A stretch of 41,368 bases of DNA. Source: Octopus bimaculoides. Lineage: Eukaryota. The stretch is from contig NC_068982.1 of the NCBI RefSeq assembly GCF_001194135.2, forward strand, positions 189,959,106 to 190,000,473, in the 5' to 3' direction. Every line of letters starts with the position of its first letter. The first letter of the stretch is position 1. Made by a program: the position numbers and the translations under genes. Positions 1-11,413 of the stretch are shown one piece after another. Under the pieces are notes generated by a model, which searched no databases, had not been told where the DNA came from, and saw only the letters and a program-made list of their open reading frames with translations.

Positions 1-240
1 ACATGAGTGTTTTTGTTTCACTTTTGACACGTAATACTTAAATAGTGGAGGAGATATTATGTTGCCGTGGGCTCGAACTCTGCAAGAAGTTAAAAAATTT
101 TTTGACTAAAACACAACTGGAACCCTAAGTAAGGCATGTGTAAAATTTGAATGAAATTGGTTGCGTAGTTCTCGAGTTTTAGGGATTCACTCAGACAGAC
201 AGACAGACACACACACATTCTCATTTTTATATATATAGAT
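1..240 (+). mobile_element. Probable 3' part of a non-autonomous Helitron-like (DINE/HINE/Lep1-type) repeat
   Basis: AAATTTGAATGAAATTGGTTGCGTAGTTCTCGAGTTTTAG followed by a (GACA)n/(CA)n microsatellite and a TTTTTATATATATAGAT end; this layout resembles Lep1/DINE-type elements (recalled, not searched). Confidence 0.45.
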
Positions 241-872
241 ATACATACACACACACACACACTATCAAATCCAATTTAAATCATAGATCTAGTACTTGTA
301 TATCTATAGTATCCTACCAACACGATACCTTCATAGTTATTTTACCTGACAGTGAACCCTATGTGGTTATTGTACCTAACCATTTCTGGCGTCCTACTCT
401 TTATTTGTTTTTACCTTTGGTAAGTAAAAAGTTCTCGAAACTGGTTTGGTATTTGAATAAATGTATTACAAAATTTAAAAACAACTACGTTTTGATATTC
501 AGGTGCATTTTCAAGTCCCAAAACAAATTCTCCTACATATNNNNNNNNNNNNNNNNNNNNNNNNNNNNNNNNNNNNNNNNNNNNNNNNNNNNNNNNNNNN
601 NNNNNNNNNNNNNNNNNNNNNNNNNNNNNNNNNNNNNNNNNNNNNNNNNNNNNNNNNNNNNNNNNNNNNNNNNNNNNNNNNNNNNNNNNNNNNNNNNNNN
701 NNNNNNNNNNNNNNNNNNNNNNNNNNNNNNNNNNNNNNNNNNNNNNNNNNNNNNNNNNNNNNNNNNNNNNNNNNNNNNNNNNNNNNNNNNNNNNNNNNNN
801 NNNNNNNNNNNNNNNNNNNNNNNNNNNNNNNNNNNNNNNNNNNNNNNNNNNNNNNNNNNNNNNNNNNNNNNN

Positions 873-912
<40 letters not shown>

Positions 913-914
<2 letters not shown>

Positions 915-1600
915 TTCGCCGCTCACAGGCCATCCTAGGTACGCCCTGCTCTTTTACTCTGTCTACATACACCTACAGATCGGATTCTCTTCTCTCCACT
1001 TCCCCACCCACATACCTGCTATCGTTCATCCTCAAACTGAAACACACTCGTCCGTAACTCCCGAATCGTGCCCTCTCACTCCACTAACCATTCTAATCTT
1101 TTCTGCACTAATCTCTCCACATTCTTTAAGATCGGAACCTTGGCAATCTCCTAATTAGAAGCTTTAGAGCGCCCACCCGGCCATACACAACCAGGCACTT
1201 TTAAAAGCGCTCACTAACTGTGCAACATCTGTGCCCACATGTAAAACACTACAACCACCACTGGCCCTGAGTCACAGTACCACATCACTCAGATCTTATG
1301 CTGTACATTTTCCAGCATCATATACTGCATCCTCTATAAACTTTGGGCTGCACTTTACATTGGGAAAGCCAGGCTGTTACTTTGCTGGTAACTTTCGTCA
1401 GCACATTCGAAGCACACCTCTATATATGTCAGGCCAACCTGTCGCCACCTCCTCCGCCACAATGGCCAGTTTCATTATCAGTGTACGGCATCTCTGCACA
1501 TCATGGATCGTACACTCAAAGACATTGAATGAATGAACAACCTTTCTCATTCAAACTTGGAACCACGGAACAAATGGGTTTAAATAAGTGTTTTTCTTTC
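913..1600 (+). mobile_element. Decayed Penelope-like element (Neptune-like) ORF C-terminus: linker, Cys-rich region and GIY-YIG endonuclease
   Basis: Across frameshifts and stops: TDRILF, DRNLGNLLIRS, PGTFKSAH*LCNICAHM, GPESQYHITQ..CT.SSIIYCILYKLWAALYIGK, FRQHIRS..GQPVA, LSVYGISAHHGS, EQPFSFKLGTTEQMGLNKCFSF, in the order expected for PLE GIY-YIG domains. Confidence 0.85.
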
Positions 1601-1910
1601 TGCCCCCTTCATTTACTTTAGTAGGCCCATTTCTATCCTTCCACTCACTCCTGCCTCACCTCAATTTTCCCCCTCCACCGCGTCCGCAAATCTCAATCTG
1701 TTTTCGGATCTATTTATTATTTCGCTGACATTCCTGCCATTTACTTTTGTTTCGTGCACCTTCCTAATTCTTCTCTTATACTTTTTCCCTTTCCATTATC
1801 TTACTGACCCACAGCATTCCAAAATACCTGTATCCTTCATTCCCTCATAGCAATCAAGTCATATCATTTCGTATCTTTAAACCTTTGCAATTAAATCTTT
1901 TGTTGACCCT

Positions 1911-2400
1911 TCATAATTCAAACTGCACCCTTATTTACCCCAAACTGCATACCGACATCCTTGCTAAATATTCTTGGATTCCGTTTGAATTTTCGTATAT
2001 AGTTTTTGAGGTCATCCTTACTTAGCAGGTGATTTATTTTCGCCGATGTTAAACGAGTGGGTATGTTTGGATTTTCTCGTATACTTGTCAGAGAGTTTAA
2101 CGCAATGGCGAAGAGCATCTAAGAGAGTTAGTCTCCCTGGTATATTTCCCTTGCATATCTTCACGTTTCTTAACGATCCATTTGTCTATTTTATCTACTT
2201 GATCTCATCGCTTCTTCTAAATAAAATAAAAACTGTTGTTCATCGCATTGACCCTCAACCCGCCCTGGAACATTCCAAGGCACTCCAAGAGCAATGTTGT
2301 GGAACATTATTATAGATTTTCTCGCCATCCAACAACCAACAGCTGAATTCTTCTTTCTTGCACCTCATTTAGTATCCTGCTCTACGTATCTCATTTTGAA
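1911..2400 (-). mobile_element. Decayed R4/Dong-like non-LTR reverse transcriptase fragment
   Basis: Remnants of W.D..K.YDNVP..W.LECL, EIYQGD*LS*MLFAIAL, KINHLLSKDDLK, FSKDVGMQFGVNK. Confidence 0.75.
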
Positions 2401-2514
2401 ATATTGATTGTAGGATACTAAATGACGTAAGAGTAAGAAAGAATTCGAAATGAGATCATTCGAGAACGGAGTTCCACTGGGCTGAACGAGTTCCACTGAG
2501 CTGAACAGATCGCA

Positions 2515-2700
2515 AGGATCACAGACAATAGGTGAACCCATGCAGTTGCTGAGTCTATCCAAATGATCGGAAAAGGTCGTTTTGAAACGCTCCACGACGA
2601 TGGGAAGACTATTTAAGCAATTTGGGTCAAGATGGAAATGACTGGTGCAATCAAGACAGAATTGGAAGCGCATTGTGACCAGCGGTGTATAACTGCATCT
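2515..2700 (+). mobile_element. RTE-clade LINE 3' ORF fragment
   Basis: DNR*THAVAE, YPNDRKRS, APRRWEDY, QDR..WKRIV match the RTE C-terminal motif DNRWT...W.P...KR..GRP.TRW...QDR. Confidence 0.6.
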
Positions 2701-3252
2701 GGTGGTCTTGATACTGTGACTACCAAGATACAGCAGATCAGCAGTTTCTCCATCATTTCATTCTCTAGTTCTCCAAATAGAAATACTTTCCTCACCAGTC
2801 TAAGACAATGAGATCAGCAAAATTCCATGAAGAGATCTTGGGAGTTCTCTTTTATGAAAATAGAAATATAAATTTTTGATAACCCTAACATATTTTATAA
2901 TTCTCACATTCGACCCCAAATCGAGTAACTTTTGATGTTGAAGATATTTTCAATAACCAGAGACCATATTTTTTCTCTCTTCAAATCTACTTCACTAAAA
3001 TGATTAATCCCAGAAACCGACAAAAAATTTATAAAATTTAACTTTGAAAACAATGTTAGGTCGTGACTGGAACTAAGTTGAACGAGACCAATCTAGGTTA
3101 ATAAGATGATACTTCAGTTGGCAGACTGAAAGATGTGTTTTGCTAGAAATTTCAAAAGTTCTGAGACCCCGCTTCACCGAAAATAAATAGTAAAGAATGA
3201 AATACAGAAAATCGAAAAAATGAAGAATCAAATATATATATATATATATATA

Positions 3253-3516
3253 TGTTATGTTTCCCTCGGGTGACTCGCAGAGATAACAAAACGAGTTATA
3301 CAATTTAATTATTACATTTATTGTTCAATTACATACAAAGAACGCACTCACCCAATGTTCGTTATGAATAAACAAAAGTCATGTCCGCCATATATATATC
3401 AATGACATTTTACTACGACAGTCCCACAAGACAACAACAATGAAACAATGAACTCAGACGAACCACATGACACACGGAACGTCAGACGAATTACATATCT
3501 AACAGTCCATATAACA
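3253..3516 (-). mobile_element. Probable solo LTR (264 bp) inserted in (TA)n
   Basis: TGTTAT...ATAACA inverted termini; on the minus strand a TATA-like run precedes AATAAA; ATATA on both sides (uninformative inside a TA run). Confidence 0.55.
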
Positions 3517-3528
3517 ATATATATATAT

Positions 3529-3847
3529 GATTTAGCGGTTAGAGCGTCGGGCTCGCAATCACGAGGTCGTGAGTTCGATTCCCGGACCGGGCTGCGTGTT
3601 GTGTTCTTGAGCAAGACACTTTATTTCACGTTGCTCCAATTCACTCAGTTTTAGAAATGAGTTGTGACGTCACTGGTGCCAAGCTGTATCGGTCCCTTTG
3701 CCTTTCCGTTGGCGTGGTGAGGGGAGGCTGGTATGCATGGTTGACTGCTGGTTTTCTAAAAAATAACCTTTCCCGGACTTGTGCCTCAGAGGGGAACTTT
3801 CTAGATGCAGTTACATAGTCATTCATGACCAAAGGGAGGCTTTACCT
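3529..3847 (+). mobile_element. tRNA-SINE family E (CORE-like middle), tail type X
   Basis: A-box-like TAGCGGTTAG, B box GAGTTCGATTCC, TTGAGCAAGACACTTTATTTCACGTTGCTCCA block shared with 24662, 28169 and 41045. Confidence 0.8.
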
Positions 3848-5003
3848 GTAAAGGTGTGAACTTGCTAACCACCTTATTACTGCAAATAACGGTAATAACA
3901 CTACCTTATTAAATTTTTTCTTGTTTACGATCGTTTCTTTTAAACGGAGTGGGACGTTTAAAGTTAGGAACGCACACGAGCTAACGTAGTGAATATTTTA
4001 GAAATATATGTTAAATGCTGTTTTCAACTGAAGATCGCAAAGCATGTTTATCGTACAAAGCGTGAAATCAATTGGTATTGTATACTTATCCATGTATTCC
4101 AAGCAAAGGTCAGCCTATTTCTGAAACATTCATTGCATTGCTCCTGTCTGTATCTTTATCGTAATTTTTATAGTGCTTTTTTAGCATTGGCTCTGATTTT
4201 AGCAAGTGGTATATTTGTGTGTGAGAGTGTGCATTGAACATCTGTCCGTATATGTGAAGATTTGTTGCCGGTGGCTGGCTCAACTAACATGCAGTGGATT
4301 GGCAGAAGCGCTTGAGCATCGCATAAACTGCTTTGCTAGACCTTTTTTTGTAGCTCGACGTTTTTTCTTTTCTTCCTCTTCTACTTGCTATTCAGGTGAT
4401 GGATGGTAATTTTACAGTCCATATTCTGCATAATACTTTTGTGGTGTCGGATTCCATCTCTCTTAAGTGAGACGTTAAAAGTTCAATGTTGTAACCAAAG
4501 AATCACAGTATAAAATTCTTGCCTGAAGATGAAAACTTTCAAAATATTCTTCAGTGCAACATTAATCCACCTTGTACTCACAAACTCACTTTCAATCTAT
4601 TTCGTTACTGTTATGTTAAACTGTCGTATGTCCAAATTTGGCCAAATGCGTTTTTTTTTTCAATATTTATTTTTGCTTGCAGTAGCCGGTTCTTTTGGTC
4701 AAGCTATCGTATCTCCAGCTGCTTCAGATGCCAAGATATCAAAAATTGTCAAAGTGTAGCAGAACGGTTTTTCTATGGATTCGTGAAACTATTTTTTCGT
4801 TTTCTGAAAAAGCAACGTTTTGGACTTACGACACTTTTGCATAATAGCAACGATTTGTAATTATATGGGCCTTAATTTCACGAACGTAATTAGCAAAATT
4901 TATATATCAGAAATATGATACAAACTAATCAAAAGGCACAATTTTCGTTGATACATTTCTAATAAAGATTTTGAGCAGTTCAAGATTAGTTTTTTTTTTT
5001 TAA

Positions 5004-5227
5004 CCCATTAAGTCCCAGAGTTCTTAAATTTCTGAATATTACTTTAAAATTTTTACAGATGATTGAAAATCGGTTAAAATGAAAACAAATAATTATTAAA
5101 ACTCCTTTGTTTCAAGTAGAAATGGAAATACTCGGTGTCCTATAAATAGGACACTGAGACAATGTGATATAGCTTATTTAATGTCCTCATTTCGTGTCCT
5201 ATTTATAGGACAGTGAGACTTAATGGG
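5004..5227. mobile_element. piggyBac-type MITE (224 bp)
   Basis: TTAA at 5000-5003 and 5228-5231; TIRs CCCATTAAGTC / GACTTAATGGG; internal palindromes at 5131-5158 and 5195-5212. Confidence 0.85.
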
Positions 5228-5773
5228 TTAAATGACTTAACAAGGACATAAATTTGGTGATTGAGATACGTAAACTTAGTACCACAATCCGAGTAGACAT
5301 TTAATCATATTTCAAGTTACGGTCATACTGTGGACGCCATTGCCCATTCGAGTAAAGCGTTTGCAGAGATATATCTGGGTGCTGGTAGTTAATTTGGAAT
5401 TTGTTGGAAGAACCGTTTGAATATTAGGTCTTTTCTTTCAAAGAGAAGTCATACATACACACATATACATGCACATACGTGTGTATTTCGTTAAACACAC
5501 GGCTACGTTCAAAATTCCCTTTATATTTTCAAATGAATTTTTTACGGTTGGTTTTGGACAGTAGAGCTCCCTAAATTCATATCTGACGTTTCTAGACGTT
5601 TACAGTCATATTACTAAGAACTGAATATATTTGGCGTTTGTGTTGTTTCTTACATATTGAGTGAATTTCTGTAGACTTTTTCACCCAGAGTTTTTTTACC
5701 CTTAGCAATATGCATCGGCAATGTTAATTCCTTTGCCGCAGTCAAAACTTCACCGTTAGGTTTTTAAAACTTT

Positions 5774-6010
5774 ACATTATTTACATTTGACGGATATTTG
5801 TCCTCATCTTGTTTGTTGTTAACTCAATGTTTCGGCTCATATACCCTCCAGCCTTCATCAGGTGTCTTGGGGAAATTTCGAACCTGGGTTCTCATTCCTA
5901 AGGTATTTTTCGATGTTATTATTCAGGTTACTGCTTGGAATCGAACTCAGAATGTTGGGGTTAGTAGCCCGCGCTCTTAACCACTACGCCATATGCCCGT
6001 GGGCATATGG
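5774..6010 (-). mobile_element. tRNA-SINE family D (hammerhead-bearing), copy 1
   Basis: A box TGGCGTAGTGG and B box GAGTTCGATTCC on the minus strand; colinear with 27148-27391. Confidence 0.9.
5821..5866 (-). ncRNA. Decayed type I hammerhead ribozyme in SINE D copy 1
   Basis: GACAC-CTGATGA-A-GGCTG(10 nt)GAGCC-GAAA-CATT-GAGTT; core intact but one substitution each in helices I, II and III relative to the intact copy. Confidence 0.7.
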
Positions 6011-6134
6011 GGTAGTGATGAAAACTGGAGGGTATATCAGCCGAAACGTTGTGTTAACAACAAACAAGATGAAGACAAATATCCGTCAAATGTAAATAAT
6101 GTACATAATTCCTCATCACTTAAATATAGAACTG
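6001..6134 (+). mobile_element. Inverted, internally deleted SINE D copy (17-nt head fused to hammerhead and 3' tail)
   Basis: GGGCATATGGGGTAGTG joined to ATGAAAACTGGAGGGTATATCAGCCGAAACGTTGTGTT...GTAAATAATGTACATAATTCC; reverse complement of 5774-5860. Confidence 0.85.
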
Positions 6135-6378
6135 TTTTAAAACTTTCTATACACCAGTAGCCACGTGCTGATATTTTGATGAGTATGTTTCCTTAATCAT
6201 CTGTTTTTGTGTGGAGTTTTATAAAGGATGTATTTTCCTTAAGTATTTTATTTGGTTTTGTTTTATATTGTTTGGTGTAACGATATGCAAAGCTCTACGT
6301 TGCAAGTGTATGGTGAGCCTGCATCAGAATGTCACACTAGTCTCTTTAGTGTAACAACAGTTAGTCCTGAAGTTTGCA

Positions 6379-6597
6379 GCGAGGAGTTGGCAGAAACGTT
6401 AGCACGCCGGGCGAAATGCTTAGCGGTATTTCATCTATCTTTACGATCTGAGTTCAAATTTCGCCGAGGTTGACTTTGCCTTCCTTCCTTTCGGGGGAGG
6501 GGGATAAATTAAGTACCAGTTGCGTACTGGGAGTAGATCTAATCGACTGGCCCCCTCCCCAAAAATTTCGGACCTTGTGCTTAGAGTAGAAAAGAAT
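6379..6597 (+). mobile_element. tRNA-SINE family C, full length
   Basis: TGGCAGAAACGTTAGCACGCCGGGCG head, B box GAGTTCAAATT, tail CCTTGTGCTTAGAGTAGAAAAGAA; several homologues in the window. Confidence 0.85.
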
Positions 6598-6897
6598 GTG
6601 TGTGTGTGTGTGAGAATGAGACGTACCGGCAGACAATCCTAAGCACATTGAATGTTCCACCCTTGAGGCTAGAGTAATATTGAACATTAATTTTAACAGT
6701 AAAGTAAACATCGTCCAGAACGAAGCAGACACACTGACACAAAGGAACTAGACAAATAAATTAGTAAACAGTTACTCGTATAAATAAATATTGTAAATAA
6801 ACAATTATATAAAGTGGGCGGCTGTAAACAAATAATTAAATATTTAATTATATCAAGACTGGTGTACATAAAATAAACAGACGAATAAATGATAATA

Positions 6898-6928
<31 letters not shown>

Positions 6929-7605
6929 TAATGATGATGATAAATGGATTAGGTGGGTTAGTGGGGGTGGGTGGAGCAGGGAAGTTAATTTGTAGCAAGG
7001 TAGACAGCAAGAAGCAGCCGAGCGTACTCGGGGTTAATATATCCGTGACATAGGGACAAGTGATCGGTTTTAAGATATGATGTCTTAACTTGGGAACAGA
7101 TTAAAACGGGACCGAATCGAGGAAGAGAGGCTTCTTTCTTGGGTTTTTCTTTATCTTTTCTTTCCGATTCCTCGTCTCCCATCCTGCTATTTATCTAATT
7201 TCTTTTTCTTCTGCTCAGCTTTTTTCTTCAACTCTTTTCTTTTCCCTTTTCTTCCCCATTTTTCCTTTTCTTTTTCTCCCCCCCCCCTTTGTTGTTATCT
7301 TGCTCTTTTTCTTTGTCCTGTCTGCATGTCTGATTCTAAAGGTGTGTGTGTGTATGTATGTATGTATGGATGGATGGATGTGTAACCCTCCGGCTGCACC
7401 TCTCCNNNNNNNNNNNNNNNNNNNNNNNNNNNNNNNNNNNNNNNNNNNNNNNNNNNNNNNNNNNNNNNNNNNNNNNNNNNNNNNNNNNNNNNNNNNNNNN
7501 NNNNNNNNNNNNNNNNNNNNNNNNNNNNNNNNNNNNNNNNAAAACAACAAAAAATTCCGGAAAAGACGATGTAATTGACGATTGTTATTGTTGTTATGAA
7601 AGCGA

Positions 7606-7820
7606 GGCAGCGAAATGGCTGAATCGTTAACACGCCGGACAAACTGCTTGGTAGCACTCCTTCCGTCTGTATGTTCTGAGTTCAAATTCCGCCCAGATCG
7701 GCTTTGTCTTTTATCCTTTCGAGGTCGATGAAGTAAGTTCCAATTGATCACTAGGATCGCTTTAATCGATTATCTGTCTCTCCTGAACTTGCTGGCTTTG
7801 TGCCAAAATTTGAAATCAAT
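7606..7820 (+). mobile_element. tRNA-SINE family C, diverged
   Basis: Colinear with 6379-6597; GAGTTCAAATTCCGCC B box. Confidence 0.8.
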
Positions 7821-8015
7821 TTCGATACAATCGAAAGATCTTCTTTTGATTGTTGTTTTTGTTTCTCAATTCTGCAGACGAAATCATTGAATCCTTAATT
7901 GGTTCTCCGCTAACCCCTCGACTCCACCATCTTTTCTTGCTAAATTAAACTGAACTGATTTATAAAATATGTTTAAAAAATTAACCGAAAATCAACGTGT
8001 TTCCCAACATTAAAT

Positions 8016-8280
8016 GAAGGTGCGTGGCCCAGAGGTTAGGGTGTTACACATACGATTGTGAGATCGTAATTTCGATTCCCCAGACCGAGTGGTGCGTTGT
8101 GCTTTTGAACAAAACATTTTATGTAGCCTCAATCCACTCAGCTGTAAATGCGTTCCAACATTTTCTGGGAAGTAAACCTGGAAACGGAGTGGCGTCCTGT
8201 TTAGTGAGCAGGAGTGTTGTAATCCTAGCCGCTTATTCTCCATGGAAACCGGGTTAAAGTCCGGCCTTATAAACCTTGGC
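8016..8280 (+). mobile_element. tRNA-SINE family E (CORE-like middle), tail type Y, diverged
   Basis: GTGGCCCAGAGGTTAGG head, TTCGATTCC, TTGTGCTTTTGAACAAAACATTTT..CCACTCAGCTGTAAATG; 3' part unlike the other copies. Confidence 0.65.
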
Positions 8281-8534
8281 GTTCGTGATAGACTTAAATC
8301 CTTCGTTGCTACGCTGGAGAGAGAACTGCCTTTACATACGAGGAATTTTATCGATGAATATCGAATCCTCAGTTGGTTTCCAATCACCGATCGACTCCAC
8401 TGTCTGCTCTCGCTAAATTTAACCTAAATAATTTGTAAACTTTGTGGATTAACCAAAAAATCAACGTCTCAGACCTGTCTGTTGACCTTTAACTTAGGGC
8501 ATGTGGCCACAGAAATTGTATGGGAGAGGACTCG

Positions 8535-8655
8535 TCGATAATATCAATTGCTGTATTTGATTCATATTTCTTTTATCGATTTGGAACGATGAAAGATAAA
8601 ATGGATTCCGGCGGGATTTTTAACTCAGTTCGAAAAAGGCCATAAATACCGAAAT
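8535..8655 (-). mobile_element. tRNA-SINE family C fragment
   Basis: Reverse complement aligns to the B box and TTTCATC..TCGATAAAA region of family C. Confidence 0.5.
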
Positions 8656-8929
8656 ATTGTATATATATTGTATATTATATATATATAAATATTGTATATA
8701 TTGTATATTATATATATATAAATATTGTATATATTGTATATTATATATATAAATATTGTATATATTGTATATATATTGTACATTATATATATATTGTATA
8801 TTATATATAAATATTGTGTATATATTGTATGTTATATATATATATATATATATATATAAATATTGTATATATATTGTATATTATATGTATAAATATTGTA
8901 TGTTATATATATATATATATATATATATA
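8653..8929. repeat. AT-rich minisatellite, ~31-35 bp unit AAATATTGTATATATTGTATATTATATATATAT
   Basis: Three to four near-exact units, then degenerate units running into a gap. Confidence 0.85.
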
Positions 8930-9158
8930 NNNNNNNNNNNNNNNNNNNNNNNNNNNNNNNNNNNNNNNNNNNNNNNNNNNNNNNNNNNNNNNNNNNNNNN
9001 NNNNNNNNNNNNNNNNNNNNNNNNNNNNNNNNNNNNNNNNNNNNNNNNNNNNNNNNNNNNNNNNNNNNNNNNNNNNNNNNNNNNNNNNNNNNNNNNNNNN
9101 NNNNNNNNNNNNNNNNNNNNNNNNNNNNNNNNNNNNNNNNNNNNNNNNNNNNNNNNNN

Positions 9159-9213
<55 letters not shown>

Positions 9214-9842
9214 TTATAATATAGAGAGAGATTTGCTTGTTCCAATCCGATCATTGAGTTTCCGTTGCTATGCAAGTTTCTCGCTAAGTACCTTTCTTCA
9301 GGCGAGAAAAATACAAAGTTTCATAGTTTTATAACTCGAAGTATTTTCACAGTTGGAAACTCAGAGTAACAATCTAGAGTGTGATTCATCAATTTGGAAC
9401 GAACACACGCACACACAGTTTTCTTTAGACTACATTGGAAAAGACAGAGAGCGAGTGAGAGAGAGAGAGAGAGAGTGAAATAGTTTGATGCTGAGTGATG
9501 GGATGAGGGAGAGGAGACCACCTAGAATCGAATCGGACTCTTTATTCCGTAATATCGTTAGTAAACTTTTAACTCTGTCTGTCTGTTCGGTGTCTGATAT
9601 GGTTTGAGACAGATTTATTACATAAACTGTTTCCTTTTAATTATATCTGAATGAGGGGCAGGGCGTAGAGAGAGGAGGGTCTGGTACTAGAGAGAGAGAG
9701 AGAGAAATTGAAGCAAGGAGTGTGTATATATGTATGTGCGGGGTTTCTGTGTAGGTGTACGTATGTGTAGGTGTGATTGATGGCGTGCGGATGTATGTGT
9801 GTATGTACTATCAAGTGTTGTATATATACGTTTGTTTGTACT

Positions 9843-9876
<34 letters not shown>

Positions 9877-9965
9877 AGTATATGGTGGAGCGTGTTGGCG
9901 TGTATATGTGTCGTCTATTTGTTTATATTTGAAAATGAATATATGAGTGAATGTATCTGTACACC

Positions 9966-10031
<66 letters not shown>

Positions 10032-10139
10032 GTTTATGCGTGTCATGTTTAGATATTTAAGAAAGTGAGGCTGAAACGAAAAATAGACGAGAAAAGATAA
10101 AAACTACCAGAATGACAGTCATCAATCCATTTCATTGCT

Positions 10140-10270
10140 TAATTAGCATGCATTGGTAATTAATTTATTGTTTTAATTGTTGTTGTTGTCATTTCAAGTC
10201 TAGTTTAGTGAGCCGATTGGTTGATTATAAAGTAAGTCTGCTGTGTTGAGTGCAGTGCGCATGCGTTAGT
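10140..10270 (+). promoter_or_regulatory. Candidate Pol II promoter or enhancer motif cluster
   Basis: ATTAGCAT 10142-10149, ATTGG 10216-10220, TATAAA 10226-10231, TGCGCATGCG 10256-10265 in non-repetitive sequence. Confidence 0.3.
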
Positions 10271-10952
10271 CCCTGGCAGACGACAACGAAGGCGTGTGTG
10301 TCGTTCTGTTACAAAACAGATAAACATATTTTTTTTATTTAAATCCAGTTAAGACAGAAATGGTACAGAATCTTAATCTGACAGTCTCCGGATTGCAGTT
10401 TCCTCCAAGTTCATGACTTTTCGGACATTCTCCGAATTTTCATTTCGTTTCTTATCATTTCGTGTGTGGAGGTTGGGAGACGGGGAGGGTGGCTATACTG
10501 CTTTTGTTTGTTCTACGAGCAACCCTCCCAACACCTCCACCGCTTACTAATCTTCATAACAACATAATAATGATAATAATAATAATAATAATGATAATAA
10601 TAATCCCGTTCATAGTATCGTCGTCATAAGGATATCAACGTAATCGCCGTCGTCATAATGGCGTCGCCGTCGTCATAACATCACGAACATCGTCAGTTAT
10701 CGTTATCGTCACCTTCTTTAGCAATGTCATCCTCATTATTCAGCATCATTTTCATCTTTCCCTTCATCATCATCATCATCATCAAGAAGTAAAAAGCATC
10801 TTGCCTCTCAAGGTAGAATTTTCAGCACACATACACACATGTATGTATAATGTGAGTGTTTACGTATACATATGTATTTATATATGCATATGCATCATAT
10901 ATATATATATAATGTATGAGTGTATATGTATGTGTGCGTATATATGTGTGTG

Positions 10953-11027
<75 letters not shown>

Positions 11028-11359
11028 NNNNNNNNNNNNNNNNNNNNNNNNNNNNNNNNNNNNNNNNNNNNNNNNNNNNNNNNNNNNNNNNNNNNNNNNN
11101 NNNNNNNNNNNNNNNNNNNNNNNNNNNNNNNNNNNNNNNNNNNNNNNNNNNNNNNNNNNNNNNNNNNNNNNNNNNNNNNNNNNNNNNNNNNNNNNNNNNN
11201 NNNNNNNNNNNNNNNNNNNNNNNNNNNNNNNNNNNNNNNNNNNNNNNNNNNNNNNNNNNNNNNNNNNNNNNNNNNNNNNNNNNNNNNNNNNNNNNNNNNN
11301 NNNNNNNNNNNNNNNNNNNNNNNNNNNNNNNNNNNNNNNNNNNNNNNNNNNNNNNNNNN

Positions 11360-11394
<35 letters not shown>

Positions 11395-11413
11395 CTATGT
11401 GTGTGTGTGTGTA

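Noticed and set aside
2760-2850. Possible additional R4 C-terminal fragment (SLHG..., GELENE)
   Set aside because: Two short motifs only, and out of order relative to the nearby RT fragment.
4524-4555. CTGAAGA...CAAAA as a fourth hammerhead
   Set aside because: No GAAA, helix II loop too small, helix I does not pair; it is just a CTGAAGA/TCTTCAG inverted repeat.
10199-10231. 33-nt in-frame micro-exon (SSLVSRLVDYK) before GTAAGT
   Set aside because: AAG acceptor without a good pyrimidine tract and an A at donor position -1; chance is likely without RNA data.
10620-10680. CGTCGTCATAA three times
   Set aside because: Cryptic simplicity within (CAT)/(TAA) low-complexity sequence.
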